This document shows, piece by piece, positions 1 through 12,407 of a stretch of 64,000 nt of DNA. This DNA is from Bigelowiella natans CCMP2755 (taxonomy: Eukaryota > Protista > Cercozoa). Positions within the stretch are counted from its first letter, which is position 1, and each line of letters opens with the position of its first letter. The position numbers and the translations under genes are program-made. Below the pieces are notes generated by a model. It was not told the origin of the DNA. It worked only from the letters and a program-made list of their open reading frames with translations, and did not search any database. Location of the stretch: the NCBI GenBank assembly GCA_000320545.1, contig ADNK01000697.1, positions 150,480-214,479 of the forward strand. Direction: 5' to 3'.

Positions 1-73
1 AGGAATAGCCCGATTCATTTTTGAGGTGCTCCTTGTAAAATTTCAATGAATTGTTTTTCTTCTTCTATGGTAT

Positions 74-1870
74 TTGAAGATCCTTTTGGAGGTAGAGGTC
101 TCTCCCAGCTCATCGTCACCAGCTTCTACAGAGATTCTTGAGTTCCAGCTGGACTACAAGCAGAGACCTTCCCAAAGACCTTCACAGGACGATGATGATG
201 ACCGAAAGCTGGAAGCAATTATCTCAGCTGCAAACATTCCAAAAGACACGTTGCTGAAGCTCAAAAGTATCAAGGTTCACATGTTTCATTTCCTAAAATA
301 GAAAAAGAAGAACAATAGAAAGACTCACCATTCAACCAACCACGCAATTATCATTCCTAACACTACTACCAATAGATGAACATGATATCAAGTCTCTCTC
401 AAATGAAAGAGGAAGACTGGCAAAAGTTATCAAGCCGTAGCGGCATAAAGCCTGGCCATGTAGTGCGACTTCGAAGGTATCTCGACGAACGAGTCAATAG
501 CAAGGAAGATGACCACCCTCCTCCTCTAAAGAATATAAACTCATCAGTAAAACAGGTATTATATTTATTGGCCGATAAAGTTAGATCGTTTTATATTATT
601 TATGCAAGCAGCATTCTTCTTTCCTCCATTTTTCTGGTGTTTTCCCTTCTCATATTACTACCTCCCCAGGTGTCCATCAAAGGTACTCTTTCAATAAACT
701 TCACGGACGATACTGACAAAGTGAGGAAGCAAAAGGTGTGCGATGAAGTTCTCATCGCAAGGGCGATTCAGGTCGTCGTATTAAAGAAACATTATCCACC
801 AGCACTCACGACACTGCAAAAATAGCAAACAGAAATTGAGAAAGCTATATATGAGAAAAGTGAAAGTCTCGTTATGTGCCTCCTATTATACGGAGATATG
901 ATTGGCTAATCATGTGTACGAATCAGGACGCTAGTCTTCTTGAACCCGAAATTGATGGCTGTTTGGAACGTGGTGATAAAAAAAACGCCAAGAAAGTACA
1001 GGAACAGAGCCTGAGGAGCCTAAAGGCAGCCTATGATCGCGTCTCGGACAAAGAAATGGGCGGTGCAAAGATCTTAGCCACTTGTATCAAGCGTGGGGAG
1101 GAGCTCATGGAAAACCTTAAAACAGACCTGGTTAACTTGTGCATCTGTGTGGTCTTCTTCTTCATCCAGATTACGACGACGACGATGATGATGATGATGA
1201 TGATGATAACAATGATGATGATAATGATAAGGATGACGGACGATGATCGATTTGTGGATGCAACTGTAGGCGTCTCATGTCAATTTCAACTAGTCTTTGG
1301 AACAACGAGCGTGTCACGCTCGTTGTCTGGGATTTTTTTTACCATCACATTTCCATATTTGAGTGCTTATGACCTACGCCCAATTCAGTGACGTGATCAC
1401 TCTTCATTATTAGGATGCGAGGGCCTTGCAACTAGAGGCCCGAGAGAACGCAGCTCAGTTCCGAGCTATGTCATTTTGTCAAGTTATCTCTCGAGCAGAC
1501 AGTCAAAGTGAATATAGCGACGACGAAGGAGGACTAGTAGTGCCAGGTAGTTGTTTTGTATTTGAGAGGAGGAGGAGGAGGAGGAGGCGGAGAAAATTAA
1601 AAAATGAGTAGAAAAACTATCTACAATTGATGGGGATTGGAAAAGACAGAGCAAGCCATCGAACACTGCCGACTGATGTGATTGTTCCGATTGATATTAT
1701 TGTTTGGTATTGTAGCGGATTTTATGAGGAGACCTACTGATTCTCTTAGCGACAGCGATGGGGAAAGTCACGCCGACGCGAATTTCCAACAATATTTAGA
1801 AGAGAAGGCAACAGGAACACCGGCCGTGAGTCCTTCAGCAAATGAGGAAAGAAAATGCAGCATCATGTAG
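74..1870 (+). CDS. Multi-exon protein with a SAM-like helical motif and coiled coil; 5' end uncertain, may start outside the window
   Basis: Exon-like ORF pieces at 74-272, 377-554, 670-735, 928-1130, 1414-1547 and 1716-1870 are bounded by GT/AG. 'MKEEDWQKLSSRSGIKPGHVVRLRRYL' resembles the SAM pattern (eedL..lGI..GH..kl). TAG stop at 1868-1870. Confidence 0.45.
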
Positions 1871-2109
1871 GCCATGTGCTAAAAAAAACGTTAGTTACAT
1901 GGAATTACCTATTTCTAGATTTGTGAAGCTGCAGCTGTGCACACCTAGCCGCATGCTGTCGCATGTGCGAGACACAACACTCACAACACGTGCGTGCGTG
2001 CTAGCGTAGATAGCATGCTTTAGCGCGGAGGAAAAACAACGCTTTGCGCGAGCGCGGCACACGCGCGCGCGCGCGCGCACACACACGCTGAATACAGTTC
2101 CGAGCGAAT

Positions 2110-3599
2110 TCAGGCACTTAATTTATTTCTCGAAGAGAAGCTAACGGTTGAAGATGACAATGGAGAATCGATACCCATGTATAAAGCCATTCTATTAGAA
2201 GAATTCAAAAAGAAAAACTTCCTGATATTCTGAAAAATATGACAAAGGCCATTGGCTATGAATTCGAATTTAGCATGGATTACTCTCTTGGCACGCACTA
2301 CAATGCAAGCATACCGGCATAGCGCACATGAAGCCACAAGCGATCTATCCTACGCTGGTCTCGATCGTAATTGTTCCAAAATTCGATAATTCTAATGATG
2401 ACTGTTAAATGAAGGCAGAGGGATTAAGAGCTACATTGGAATGGGTACTCATTGCATATTTCATTTCATTTAAATCCCAATCATTAGTTAATTAATGGCA
2501 CCCCCAAAGATTTATTGCGAGTACGCTCGCTGAGAATGTTCTTGTTGTTGTCGCCAGCTATTATCCCAGTCGCAACAACCACATTCTTGTTCGTATTTCG
2601 GAACGCATCTAACCGATGGCCACAACTCGGATTCTCATAAGTATCGCCATTCCTCTCGAAATCAATATTTCCGTCATTTATTTCACTGAGGTGCCTCTTT
2701 CGTCCCTGCTCGTGCAAGCCACTATTAGGCTCGTGGTCATCACTTCTGAGGCGATCAGTAGTATTACAGTCATCTGCGGAACTAAAAGCGGATACTGTCC
2801 CGACACTACTAGGTGAAGGTTTGTGTGAGGCTTTATTTCCCCCTTCTGCTCCATCGCATGGCCGTTGCGGCACTCGTCGCTTTTGTTGTAGTTGTTGCTG
2901 TTTTTGGTTGTTTTTCTTCTTCATCACCCTCTTTTCAATGACTGCTTTGTTCGTAGTAGAAGGTGCTTTCTTCCCCTCTCTTATTTTTCTTTCTTTGTGA
3001 CCTGTTTCTGATTCGCCCTCCTCCCCTCCTCCTCCTCCTCCTCCTCCTCCTCCTCCTCTTCCACTACGTATCTGGGAATGTTGTCGAATATCGCTATTAT
3101 CGCTCAAAGCCTTTTTTCCCTTAGGGATCATCTTCATCTCTTTCTTTGATCTCTTCTTGCTTGTTTTCTTCTTCTGTCTCTTGGTTGTCGCAGGTTGTAA
3201 TCTCATCTTTTCCTCTGGATGGGGGGGAAGAGATATATTGAGAGGAAGACAGGGCCCCACTAGCTCCTCCCAAGGATATGCAATAACAGTTGCCTAAGAA
3301 TCAAATATAAGAGGCGGGGAAAATACGAGTAACACCGAACATCAACGAGGAATGAGGACTAGGCTATTCTCAAAAAGGGCTGCAATGACGAATCAGTGTT
3401 TTCGCTACGATGACTTGCGATGCTCGCAACAACTCAGATGGCGTGATAAATGTCAAGGTTTATGGGGTCTCCGCTACCTTAAAATAGGACATTTTTACAC
3501 GACGCATTCCTCCGTTCGAATAACCGACGATGAGACGCTCCACTTGAGGATCGAATATTGCAAGATCAAGTGCTCTGCCGTGTACACACGCGCACACAC

Positions 3600-3650
<51 letters not shown>

Positions 3651-6160
3651 GAGAAAGAGGGGAGGTATGCGCAAAATTAATATGTGCGTTTTTGTTTGTG
3701 CGTGTGCGGATAAAGCTAAAAAATACTTATTTTATCAATCTAACAGGTAATAGCGCTGTAACTGCACTGGATATAAGTGTAAATCAGGTGTATGGCGGAG
3801 TCACGTTTTCATCATATCGTGGTAGATCGAAGCCCTCGAAGCTTTATCACGACAGTAATATGGTCCAATAAACACGCTACGACGCAGCGTGCACATTCCC
3901 GACACGGCGAGTAACTGCGAGTGCGAGAGAAGGGTTTTTTTTGGAGGGGTGATTATTACAGTAGCACATTTTTCTCATGGATGTATCAATGAGAACAATG
4001 AGTTGTATATTAAGTTGCGTGTTTCACCTAACGCACGCTGACAAATATTTGATGTTGTGAGTTTGTGTGTATGTGTGTGTGTGTGTGTGTGTACTTCCGT
4101 TGTGATATGGCAAATAAATTGCACTTGAGTTGATACATGATTATATCACATCGGTTACCTCTCCGGAATTTCCGTCTCTATATTCCAGCACACTTCCTAT
4201 ATGGAGGAAAAGTGAATTGAATGTTTTTAGTAAGTCGGCTTCTGCGTGTTTTCGCCCCTTGGATCTACTTGTTCAATTGTACAAAAAGAATTTAGTACAA
4301 CGAGGAGAAGAGACATATAAATAAACATGTCGACAGATAGCAGATAGATGATGAATAGATACGAATAGATAGAGTAGACGGAGGAGCACCACAACAGAAT
4401 TAACGCGATCTTTCTCTAGTTCTGCAAGTGCTACTATAATGCGTGTGAAGCAGCACCTGATCTCCACGCTGCTACCCTTATCAGAAACATTGCCGTCCAG
4501 AGCAACGCTGATATGTACGCGAGGATGTGCCCAAGCATATCTGTGAAGAAGGAGCCTTTCTCCTTCCCATTGTTGTTTTTATTTCTCATCGTCATTAGTG
4601 CGAATGCATGGCGTGCTTCATGCTCGTACGTTACGATAACACGCTCCCACGAAAAGGCCTTCAAAGGCGAGTGAGGCCTATAAAAAGACGAATTCAGTAC
4701 ATCTTATTAAATGTCGGTGGTTGGGCTTGCTCTCGTTGGTTGAACTGAGAATGGCCTCCTAGCGGTGGTACCATGGAGATTTGCGCCAAAGCTTCTTCGA
4801 AAGCGACACTTCCCTTCCATGCTTGCGATATTTCCGGAGATTTTCCTTAAGGTTCTTCGACGATTTGAACAATGTGGGATCGCCATGATACGGGGTGAGG
4901 TCGACGGCCATCGTTTTGTCCGCAAAATGGTCCAGACACTAAGATAAAGAGGACATACCAGGATCAATATCTTTTGTAATCCTAATCGCCTACGCAGTAG
5001 TGCCAATCGTTTAGGATGTTGTCGGTTAGTTGTATCGAATCATGTAAACTTCTTATGCCTCGTGCTTGCTGTGGACGTGAACAAGGAAGAGTGCGCGTGT
5101 GTCTGTTAGAGTGTGTCCTATCGCTGCTCTCTATTTGCTATAATTTGTCTACTTCACCTGAGCGACCTGAAAAACCACCTGGAAAATATTTTTGTGTATA
5201 TTTGTAAATGATGAGCAGTCGATAGTATCGAATGTAGGGAAAGAACACATGCACCCTCCACACTTTCACACTTTCACACTTTCACACTTTCACACTCACA
5301 CTCACACTCACACTCACACTCACACTCATAAGTAAAGAAATAAACGAGCATAAACATTGACACATTTTCTGCCTGTACCATATGGATCCAGTGCAGCCAG
5401 GCTTCGAGAAGCCTCTGAGAGGTTCTCAGAACACTGTGATCCAGGAAGTATTTTCTCACGCAGTACACCGTGAGTATCACGATGTAAAGAGGGGAAAACG
5501 CCACAAAGACAATCCATAGCTGCACACTTGAGGCCAAGAGGATAGAGGAAAACATGAACATGAATTAATCGATGAGTACAAGAATGATCGTAACACATGC
5601 TTGGGTTGGAGCTGTCTGGGGTTCGTGTGGAACTGACTGCCACGCGACGAACTGCTCTGCACAGATATACATTCCCGGCAACATCGAAAATACGGTATCA
5701 GATCCACTAGATCCACAGAAGGAGTTTGCCTTTTTCACAACCTCCTCTCTCTCTTTGATCTTCATGCTACTCGAAGCACTTCTTCCAGATCGACAGCTGT
5801 CAGCCACAGAAGGTTTGCATGCCATTAATACGACGTTCAAGACTCGTTCCAGACGTTCCTGCGGCGAGGAGGGGGCCACTAGTGAGCACAATTGCGACCT
5901 CTTATGAGTTCTACGAGCGAAGCCCAGCCTCACAGATGGGTCAGGACCAATCGTCGTCTGTCGTCGTGGCTCGTTTCGATCAGATAATTTGCAAACCAGA
6001 TAGTCATTTCCAACATGGCGACAGAGAAAACGGAATGTCGCCCTGTAAAAACCATCACCTGACGCAAACATGATACAAGGCCACGTGATGGCCGATTCGT
6101 TTTGGCATCAATGTGAGGTTCAATGTTCATCAAAACTCGAGTGACTCTCTCGAGTTGCAC
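2110..6160 (-). CDS. Multi-exon protein of unknown function with a Lys-rich low-complexity region and a possible C-terminal chromo-like motif; may be partly degenerate
   Basis: Minus-strand exon-like segments with canonical splice sites: RSKGRKHAEADLLK...GNSGE (~4140-4268), IFDPQVERLIVGYSNGG (~3478-3560), ORF 2484-3260, and IIRIIEFWNN...LWLHVRYA (~2314-2400). The full structure is not resolved. Confidence 0.35.
5259..5328. repeat. Tandem repeat switching from an 8-mer (cacacttt) to a 6-mer (cacact)
   Basis: Directly visible. Confidence 0.9.
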
Positions 6161-6435
6161 GTTGCTGGCGCGTCGTGATGGTGGGGGATTCCTGAAATAT
6201 TTCTACCTCCAAACGCTATTTTCCAGCAAAACGCGCAGGTGATATTTTGCTCAGCTGCGTCGGCAGAGCGCTTTTGCTGCACAAAGTGCTTCGAGGTTTC
6301 TGACTGTGCGACTTGAAAAATGCCCTGACGCGACCTGGATCTTTGCTTTCAGACGGAGTCGAACAAAAGCACAATGGCGGCACACGTGCTTGGAGATGCG
6401 AAGGGGGGAATTTTCTAGTTTTATCCAGTGCAAGG

Positions 6436-9400
6436 ATGATTCATAGCCCTGCAGTTAATGTGTCATTAGGGATCCTGGGTAATCCAGGCGTTCAAATTTA
6501 CTGTCTGGCTCAGAAATATTATGACATATGATCTAGAAAATGGATCTTATCCCCCTGATCCTTACATTCCCTCACTTGTTCAGGCCCATCACAAGTAGGA
6601 AAGAGCTCACTCATCGCCAGGCACCTAATTTTAGTTTAGCGAAAGCATCGTTAACCTCAACAAACACAAAACACAAAAAGGTTTGTCGATGAACGCTTCG
6701 ATCACAAGATTAAGCCAACAAATGGACTGGCAGCAAGAGCAAAATTCATCGAAGTAGATGTCAGTACAATACCGTCAGAAATTTCCATCATAAATTTAAC
6801 GATGAGTACAAAATCAGAAAGTGATCATTAAGTTACACATTTACGACTTTTCAAGTGCGATACGACACCGGAGGTATTTCTCTTAAAATAAGCGGATGAA
6901 GTTCTTGAGCCTTCAATCATTCAGGATGGTACAAGAAAAACTGTCTTCCCTGGATGGAGTCGTCATATGTTCGACCAGTGATGAATCCAAGAAGTCCTTA
7001 AATGACATAAGAGATTGGTACATGAGTAATATGCCTTAATACAGTTATTGCTCCATTGATGTACTAATACCCAGGATGGCTCTTGTTGACGGCCATGCGA
7101 GGAAGAATTGCTTCCGGGTGATTCAAAGATTTCACCAATGTAACATATGATGGCAATTTGATATTCATGTTAATTTAATCTAGACATTATTGAGGTGCAA
7201 AGTTGACGATGCCTCGACTTCAGTATCAGATGGTATGAAATTAAGATGTGTGGATATAAAATCATTGATTCGTGGGAAATTCGTATGGCAGATTTTGAAA
7301 CTTGGTGCCTGGATGAAAACGATTGCTGGCTAACGAGTGCAAAAACTGGTTATGATTTGATGAATTTTATTGGCTACATTTGCTAAGTTAATGCTGTACA
7401 GGAACAAATGTTTCTCGTTTTTTTGAGCTGACTGTAAGAGAAATAAGGCAAAGGAATGGATTAAATCTAGAGACTTCATCTCCAGTTGTGGTCGAGGCAA
7501 TTTAACAATGTTTCACATATGCATTTACCTCACCATTTCAGCTGTGAGTTCAACTTTTATCTGAGAAAGATCCTCCTACATATTTACTGCAGAGATCTCG
7601 AAGAGGATCAAAGATTGAGAATGCTGCCAATGATACCAACCTTAACCCTGAGAGGAATAGCTCAAAGTTAATTCAGAAACACGGGAAGAAAGCCGACTGC
7701 AATATGTACCACAACCCTTGAAAGATCCCTCTAAATAATTTTCTGTTGAGTTTCGATATAATTCTCTAAATTACAGAGTGATTTCAACTCAAAAGTGGAG
7801 ACAATCTAAATCGCAACAGCAAGTAAACATTCTTTTGAGGACATTTGCTTTACTAAATAATTGTTATAAATCTTTACTTGCCGTAGAAGTGGAAAGTGGG
7901 GTCCATCGTAGAAGTTTACTCAAGGTCACAACAAAAATGGTTTCCATCCACAATCCGAAAAATTAGCAAAGATGAGGTTCTCAATTTTTAAGTTTATCCA
8001 ATAACAAACATACAAATTGACACATATATTTTTAAAGATAGGAATTACAAAGTTGCATACGACGATCAAGACTGTGTCCAGAGAAAACATGGCGCATATT
8101 CGTCCATGTCCTGGTAAAACCATTAGATGATAGATGCGATCGATAAAATTTTATCCTTCCATAAAATCAGGGCATAGAAAAAAATTGTTTATGAGACGTC
8201 TAAAAATAAAGGATATGGTAGACTATACTACAGAACTACCTGCGGAGTCAAAACTCGGAAATTATATTCCACCATCCTCACCAGTAAATAATACTTATAA
8301 TCACCCAATCCTATAAAAATCATGCGATTTTTTTTCAATGGGTGAAAAGATGAAAATAGGTCAGAGCGTATTATACTACTCCACTAGCATTGGATCCTGG
8401 ATCCAGGTTTGACATGATATTTCTTGTAATAAATGTCATATTTTCTTATCTATTTACTTTACTACAGGCGGTAGTGGAACGTGTTCGAGATGATGGAACA
8501 GTAAACTTTAGAATTCGCTGAGATGGACTATATGTAAGCACAGGCTCATTATACTTACGATAGGTGGATTTAGATGTGAAGAAGCAAGTAGACTATCGGT
8601 ATTTGTTCAAAAACCAGATAACTGCGAGCTCATAAAATAATTCAGGAGAGTACTAACTCAGGAGAATACGAGCTAATGAGATGATCTCGGCGACCTCCTT
8701 AGCTTGCTCTATAAGAGATGGAGAAAGACAAAAATCCAAACTAGAAAGGTTAAGCACTCATGTTGTATTTAACAAAACATTATATTACTTAACTTGGCCC
8801 ATACTATATAAAAGAGATCTACAGCGTTTGCGAAGGCAGATATCAGAATCTAGGTATTATAAAATAAATCTGTAACGCTATCACACAACAGCTAATTTTT
8901 GTACTTACAGATCTGAAATTAACGAACTGAGAAAGGAACTAGAAATACTTAGATCTGGTATCAAAACATGTTCTAGTTTTCCCATCGAAAGAACTGATGT
9001 TTTTTTTTCCCGAAATATAATAGAGAGAACAGATATCTTGAGGATGAGAATAGGCAAGACGGGATCCAGTAGTGAAACCTTGTTAGATAAAGAATCCATG
9101 AGTACAAAAGCTACATCAGCCACAAAGGGTTCTTCTACCGACTCAAAAGGATTCCATCTTAACATTCATCGGGATTTGGCGCTATTACTAAACGAATTAA
9201 AACATTATTCAAGGCTAAGCAGGTATCGAAGTACTAAATTTTAAATTGGTCATTGTGTAGAGAAGCGAGTTTTATCTGCTGAACGTAAAGGCGCCAATGT
9301 ACCATCGGATATTGTAATATACTTCATTTTATTTGTTATGAAAGTCTCTCGGAAAGTCTACGTGACATGAGGAAGATAATCGAGGTAAAAAAAATCGTTG

Positions 9401-10164
9401 CGCTCCGTTCATATTAAGCGGTTACTTCAAAATCTATGTAGGGAATTGTTGACTTTTACCAAAGGGGAGTAAGCGAATCTGAAAATCTAAAAAGAGAAAA
9501 GATGGTGAATAAATTTGGCCTCAATCAATTACCCACTCTTCTAATTCCTCCAATAACGATAGAATGAATTTCGAATTGGACTGATAAAATTGAAGAATGA
9601 GATAGTCGCCCTACAGGTAAGAAACATCATACGACTTATTCACGTCCTCTTATCTCTATGTTAATCACTTTTACAGTGTGCAGAGGAAAACTTCCCTATC
9701 GTATCGGTGGTATTGTCTTTGTTAAGGCCGCTGAAGCCTTTTCTTCAAGATCGGAAAAACATAGTACACAATCATGATCATAGCATTAATCTCTCAATCT
9801 AACTCTTTGATTGTACTACATAGGGGATCGCTTGTATAGTCGGATTTCGCATGAATATCGTGAATTTTTTGTTTGCTTTCTCACTGGCCCTGGTCGTGAG
9901 ATGGGTGTGCTCGGATTGGATCAATAGGCTATGGTAAAATATGACACTGAATCTGAGTTTCTATGGCTGCTGAAACCCATTTTGACACACATCCACTAAA
10001 GGGAAGATGAACAGATGTCAAACCTTTTGAGAATGTGGAACAAAGACGAGCTCATTTCGAAGTACTGTGAATGTATGATAAAACTAAATTGTTTTCTTAA
10101 AGTCTGTTCGATTTCATTATATTATAGGACTGAAAGCGCATTGAATGATATAGAGGATTCGTGA
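6436..10164 (+). CDS. Atypical Rab/Ras-like small GTPase domain fused to two Tudor/Agenet-like domains and a coiled coil (more than 20 short exons)
   Basis: Spliced translation gives VSLGILGPSQVGKSSLIARFVDERFDHKIKPTNG (G1/G2), KLHIYDFSSAIRHR (G3 position), LDGVVIC...SLNDIRDW, LLRCKVD (G4), WLTSAKTGTNVSRFF (G5). It continues with WKVGSIVEVYSRSQQKWFPSTIRKI and KIGQSVLYYSTSIGSWIQAVVERVRDDGTVDLDVK. TGA stop at 10162-10164. Confidence 0.7.
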
Positions 10165-10439
10165 TGTAGGCAATACGGGATATAGACGATTATCCTTTTA
10201 AGTAACGGAATATTTGTCGTCACTACCTGTAACTTGAATGCTTGAGCATGCATATAAGCCCGTTTCAATATTATAGACTTCAATGTACAGTGCCTCTATT
10301 TCACGGTAGACTATAAATATCTGTTTAAGAAGGCTAATGGTTATAACGAGATCGATCTTATTTGGTAACAATGCATCCACGTATGCCTTTTGTGGCTAAA
10401 GCATAATTATTTACTGAGTCACAACAAGTAAGTATAGAG

Positions 10440-10980
10440 ACCAAGATCGTTGAATGTCTATCTAGCTATGCTCGTATGTCTAGATGCTCTCATGATCTCA
10501 TAATTAGATCATCATCAATACTTCACTATCAAGCCATCTAGCTAGCTAGCCATGCATGAATAGCATTCCAGAAGTAAACACAACTCAATCGCTACAAACA
10601 TTTAAAGGCGCATGCATGCTAGCATGTGCGCTTACTAGCTAGCTAGCTTGTTGACATCATTTGTGAACAGACTTTAAGATACATGTCGAGAGACATCTAT
10701 TAACGTTGCAAAAGCACATCAGAGACATGTCTAGATATCTAGATATGTCTATTCAGATTTTCATGATTTTGATTTATTTGCATGCTAGCATGCTAGCATG
10801 TTACGCTAGCAATGCTAGAATGTGACAATGACAAATCATCTAGCAAATATCCTGTGCACATGCAGATGTCAATGTACGGTATTGTTCTAGCATTCTAGCA
10901 TTGTTCATTGCAGTGTCACTGAGTATTCTATCTCTAGCTAGCTAGCTAGGTATGATCCCAAAGGATAGCTAGATAGGGAA
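10440..10980. other. CTAG/CATG-rich tract between convergent 3' ends (GTPase gene / DUF6816-like gene)
   Basis: Dense ctagctag, gcatgc and tctaga words. Confidence 0.8.
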
Positions 10981-11131
10981 CATGTTGAATTTGGACAAAT
11001 TGAAAACATTCTAATGTTCTGTATTGTTTTTTTAAAAAGACGACTCAAAATACGTTCGTACGTTTGTCACCGAGTCAAATCTCACTGTTTGATGCTCGGA
11101 GAAGGATAAATATGATTGCCTGAGTACCTAA

Positions 11132-12129
11132 TCAGTCGCCAATCTTCTTCATTGTAAGTTTATGAGAATACAGAACAACGGGTTTTGTTGAAGCGCTATA
11201 AATTTGTGACACATCTGGACGTACGGGGCCCCCTCCCCTCTGAGTAAAAAACGTGGTTTGAATAATGCCAAGATTTGGTTTTTGCATCTTTGCCATATTA
11301 GCTGTCTGTGCATAACTATAAGTTACCATCGGCTGTCCAGAGTACACCATGGCTTCATTCGGTTGTATGTAACCTATGTATATACGAACAAGGTCCTCTC
11401 CTTTCAAATATACCATCACACTGAAGACGCAGTAGTCGTTTGCGTACAAAGTTTCAATCGTACCAACGGTAGATATTGTGCCATCGATTCGTGAGGCGTC
11501 CACTCGATTGAATGTGTAGAGAAGCTGGTAGTCTGTTACCCAAATACAGTAAAAACTGAGAAAACATATCAGACCAACTTATTTGGGGAAAAGTATGACT
11601 TTGTTCATGTGGACGTGCGTCAACGACTACACCACCAACGCAGAGCATGAAGGAATCGCAACCTACATCACAACGCTCACGCACAATCATTGCACACTTG
11701 TACCCAGGACAAGCTCTTTGGATCGCTTGTACTCTCCATAACCGAGATTTACCTGGGCGGAAGATGATGGTTACAGTGAATACTTGACAGCTATGGACAT
11801 ACGGCACATTTTTTGAGTTTTTCTAAAATTTGCACTAGCTATTGTCCAACGAATGCTATCGCCGTCTCCCAACAACTGACACCTACTACCGCTCGCATCA
11901 TTCCTCACACCTGCCGAATAGATTCCGATGTAATGAACAAAGGCGATGAGGGACCACCGCTGCCGTCATCCGACAATGACAACGACGGGGATGTGTCGAG
12001 CTGCTCGTCTTTGTTCGTTAACTCGCTCTCACGGGCTGATTGTGACAAGTCGCAAAAATTTATTGTGGGGAGTAGCGTTCCTTGTTACGCAGGAAAGCAT
12101 ATATACATTATTGAGAATATACAGAAATT

Positions 12130-12218
<89 letters not shown>

Positions 12219-12361
12219 TGTGCGAAATCAATCTCATACAACAAAGTCTTTCTGAATGGCATCTATGCGACAAAGAGAAGAAGGAGAGGAGTGTACCGTT
12301 GGTAAACAGTTCGATCCGAGCCGCGTTTCGAGTTATCCCTACGTTGAAGAAGCAAGCGGGA

Positions 12362-12407
<46 letters not shown>

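Noticed and set aside
4942-4961. Apparent 20-nt GT-AG intron on the - strand
   Set aside because: Removing it leads to an early stop; there is no supporting homology.
4370-5000. Long - strand frame with several TAG/TGA/TAA, suggesting stop-codon reassignment or RIP
   Set aside because: Conserved genes here use standard stops. Unresolved introns explain it equally well and no homologue anchors the frame.
6874-6892. Apparent 19-nt nucleomorph-style intron gtatttctcttaaaataag
   Set aside because: The Rab-like alignment (KLHIYDFSSAIRHRR-MVQEKLSSLDGVVIC) is satisfied by a normal ~50-nt intron ending near 6924.
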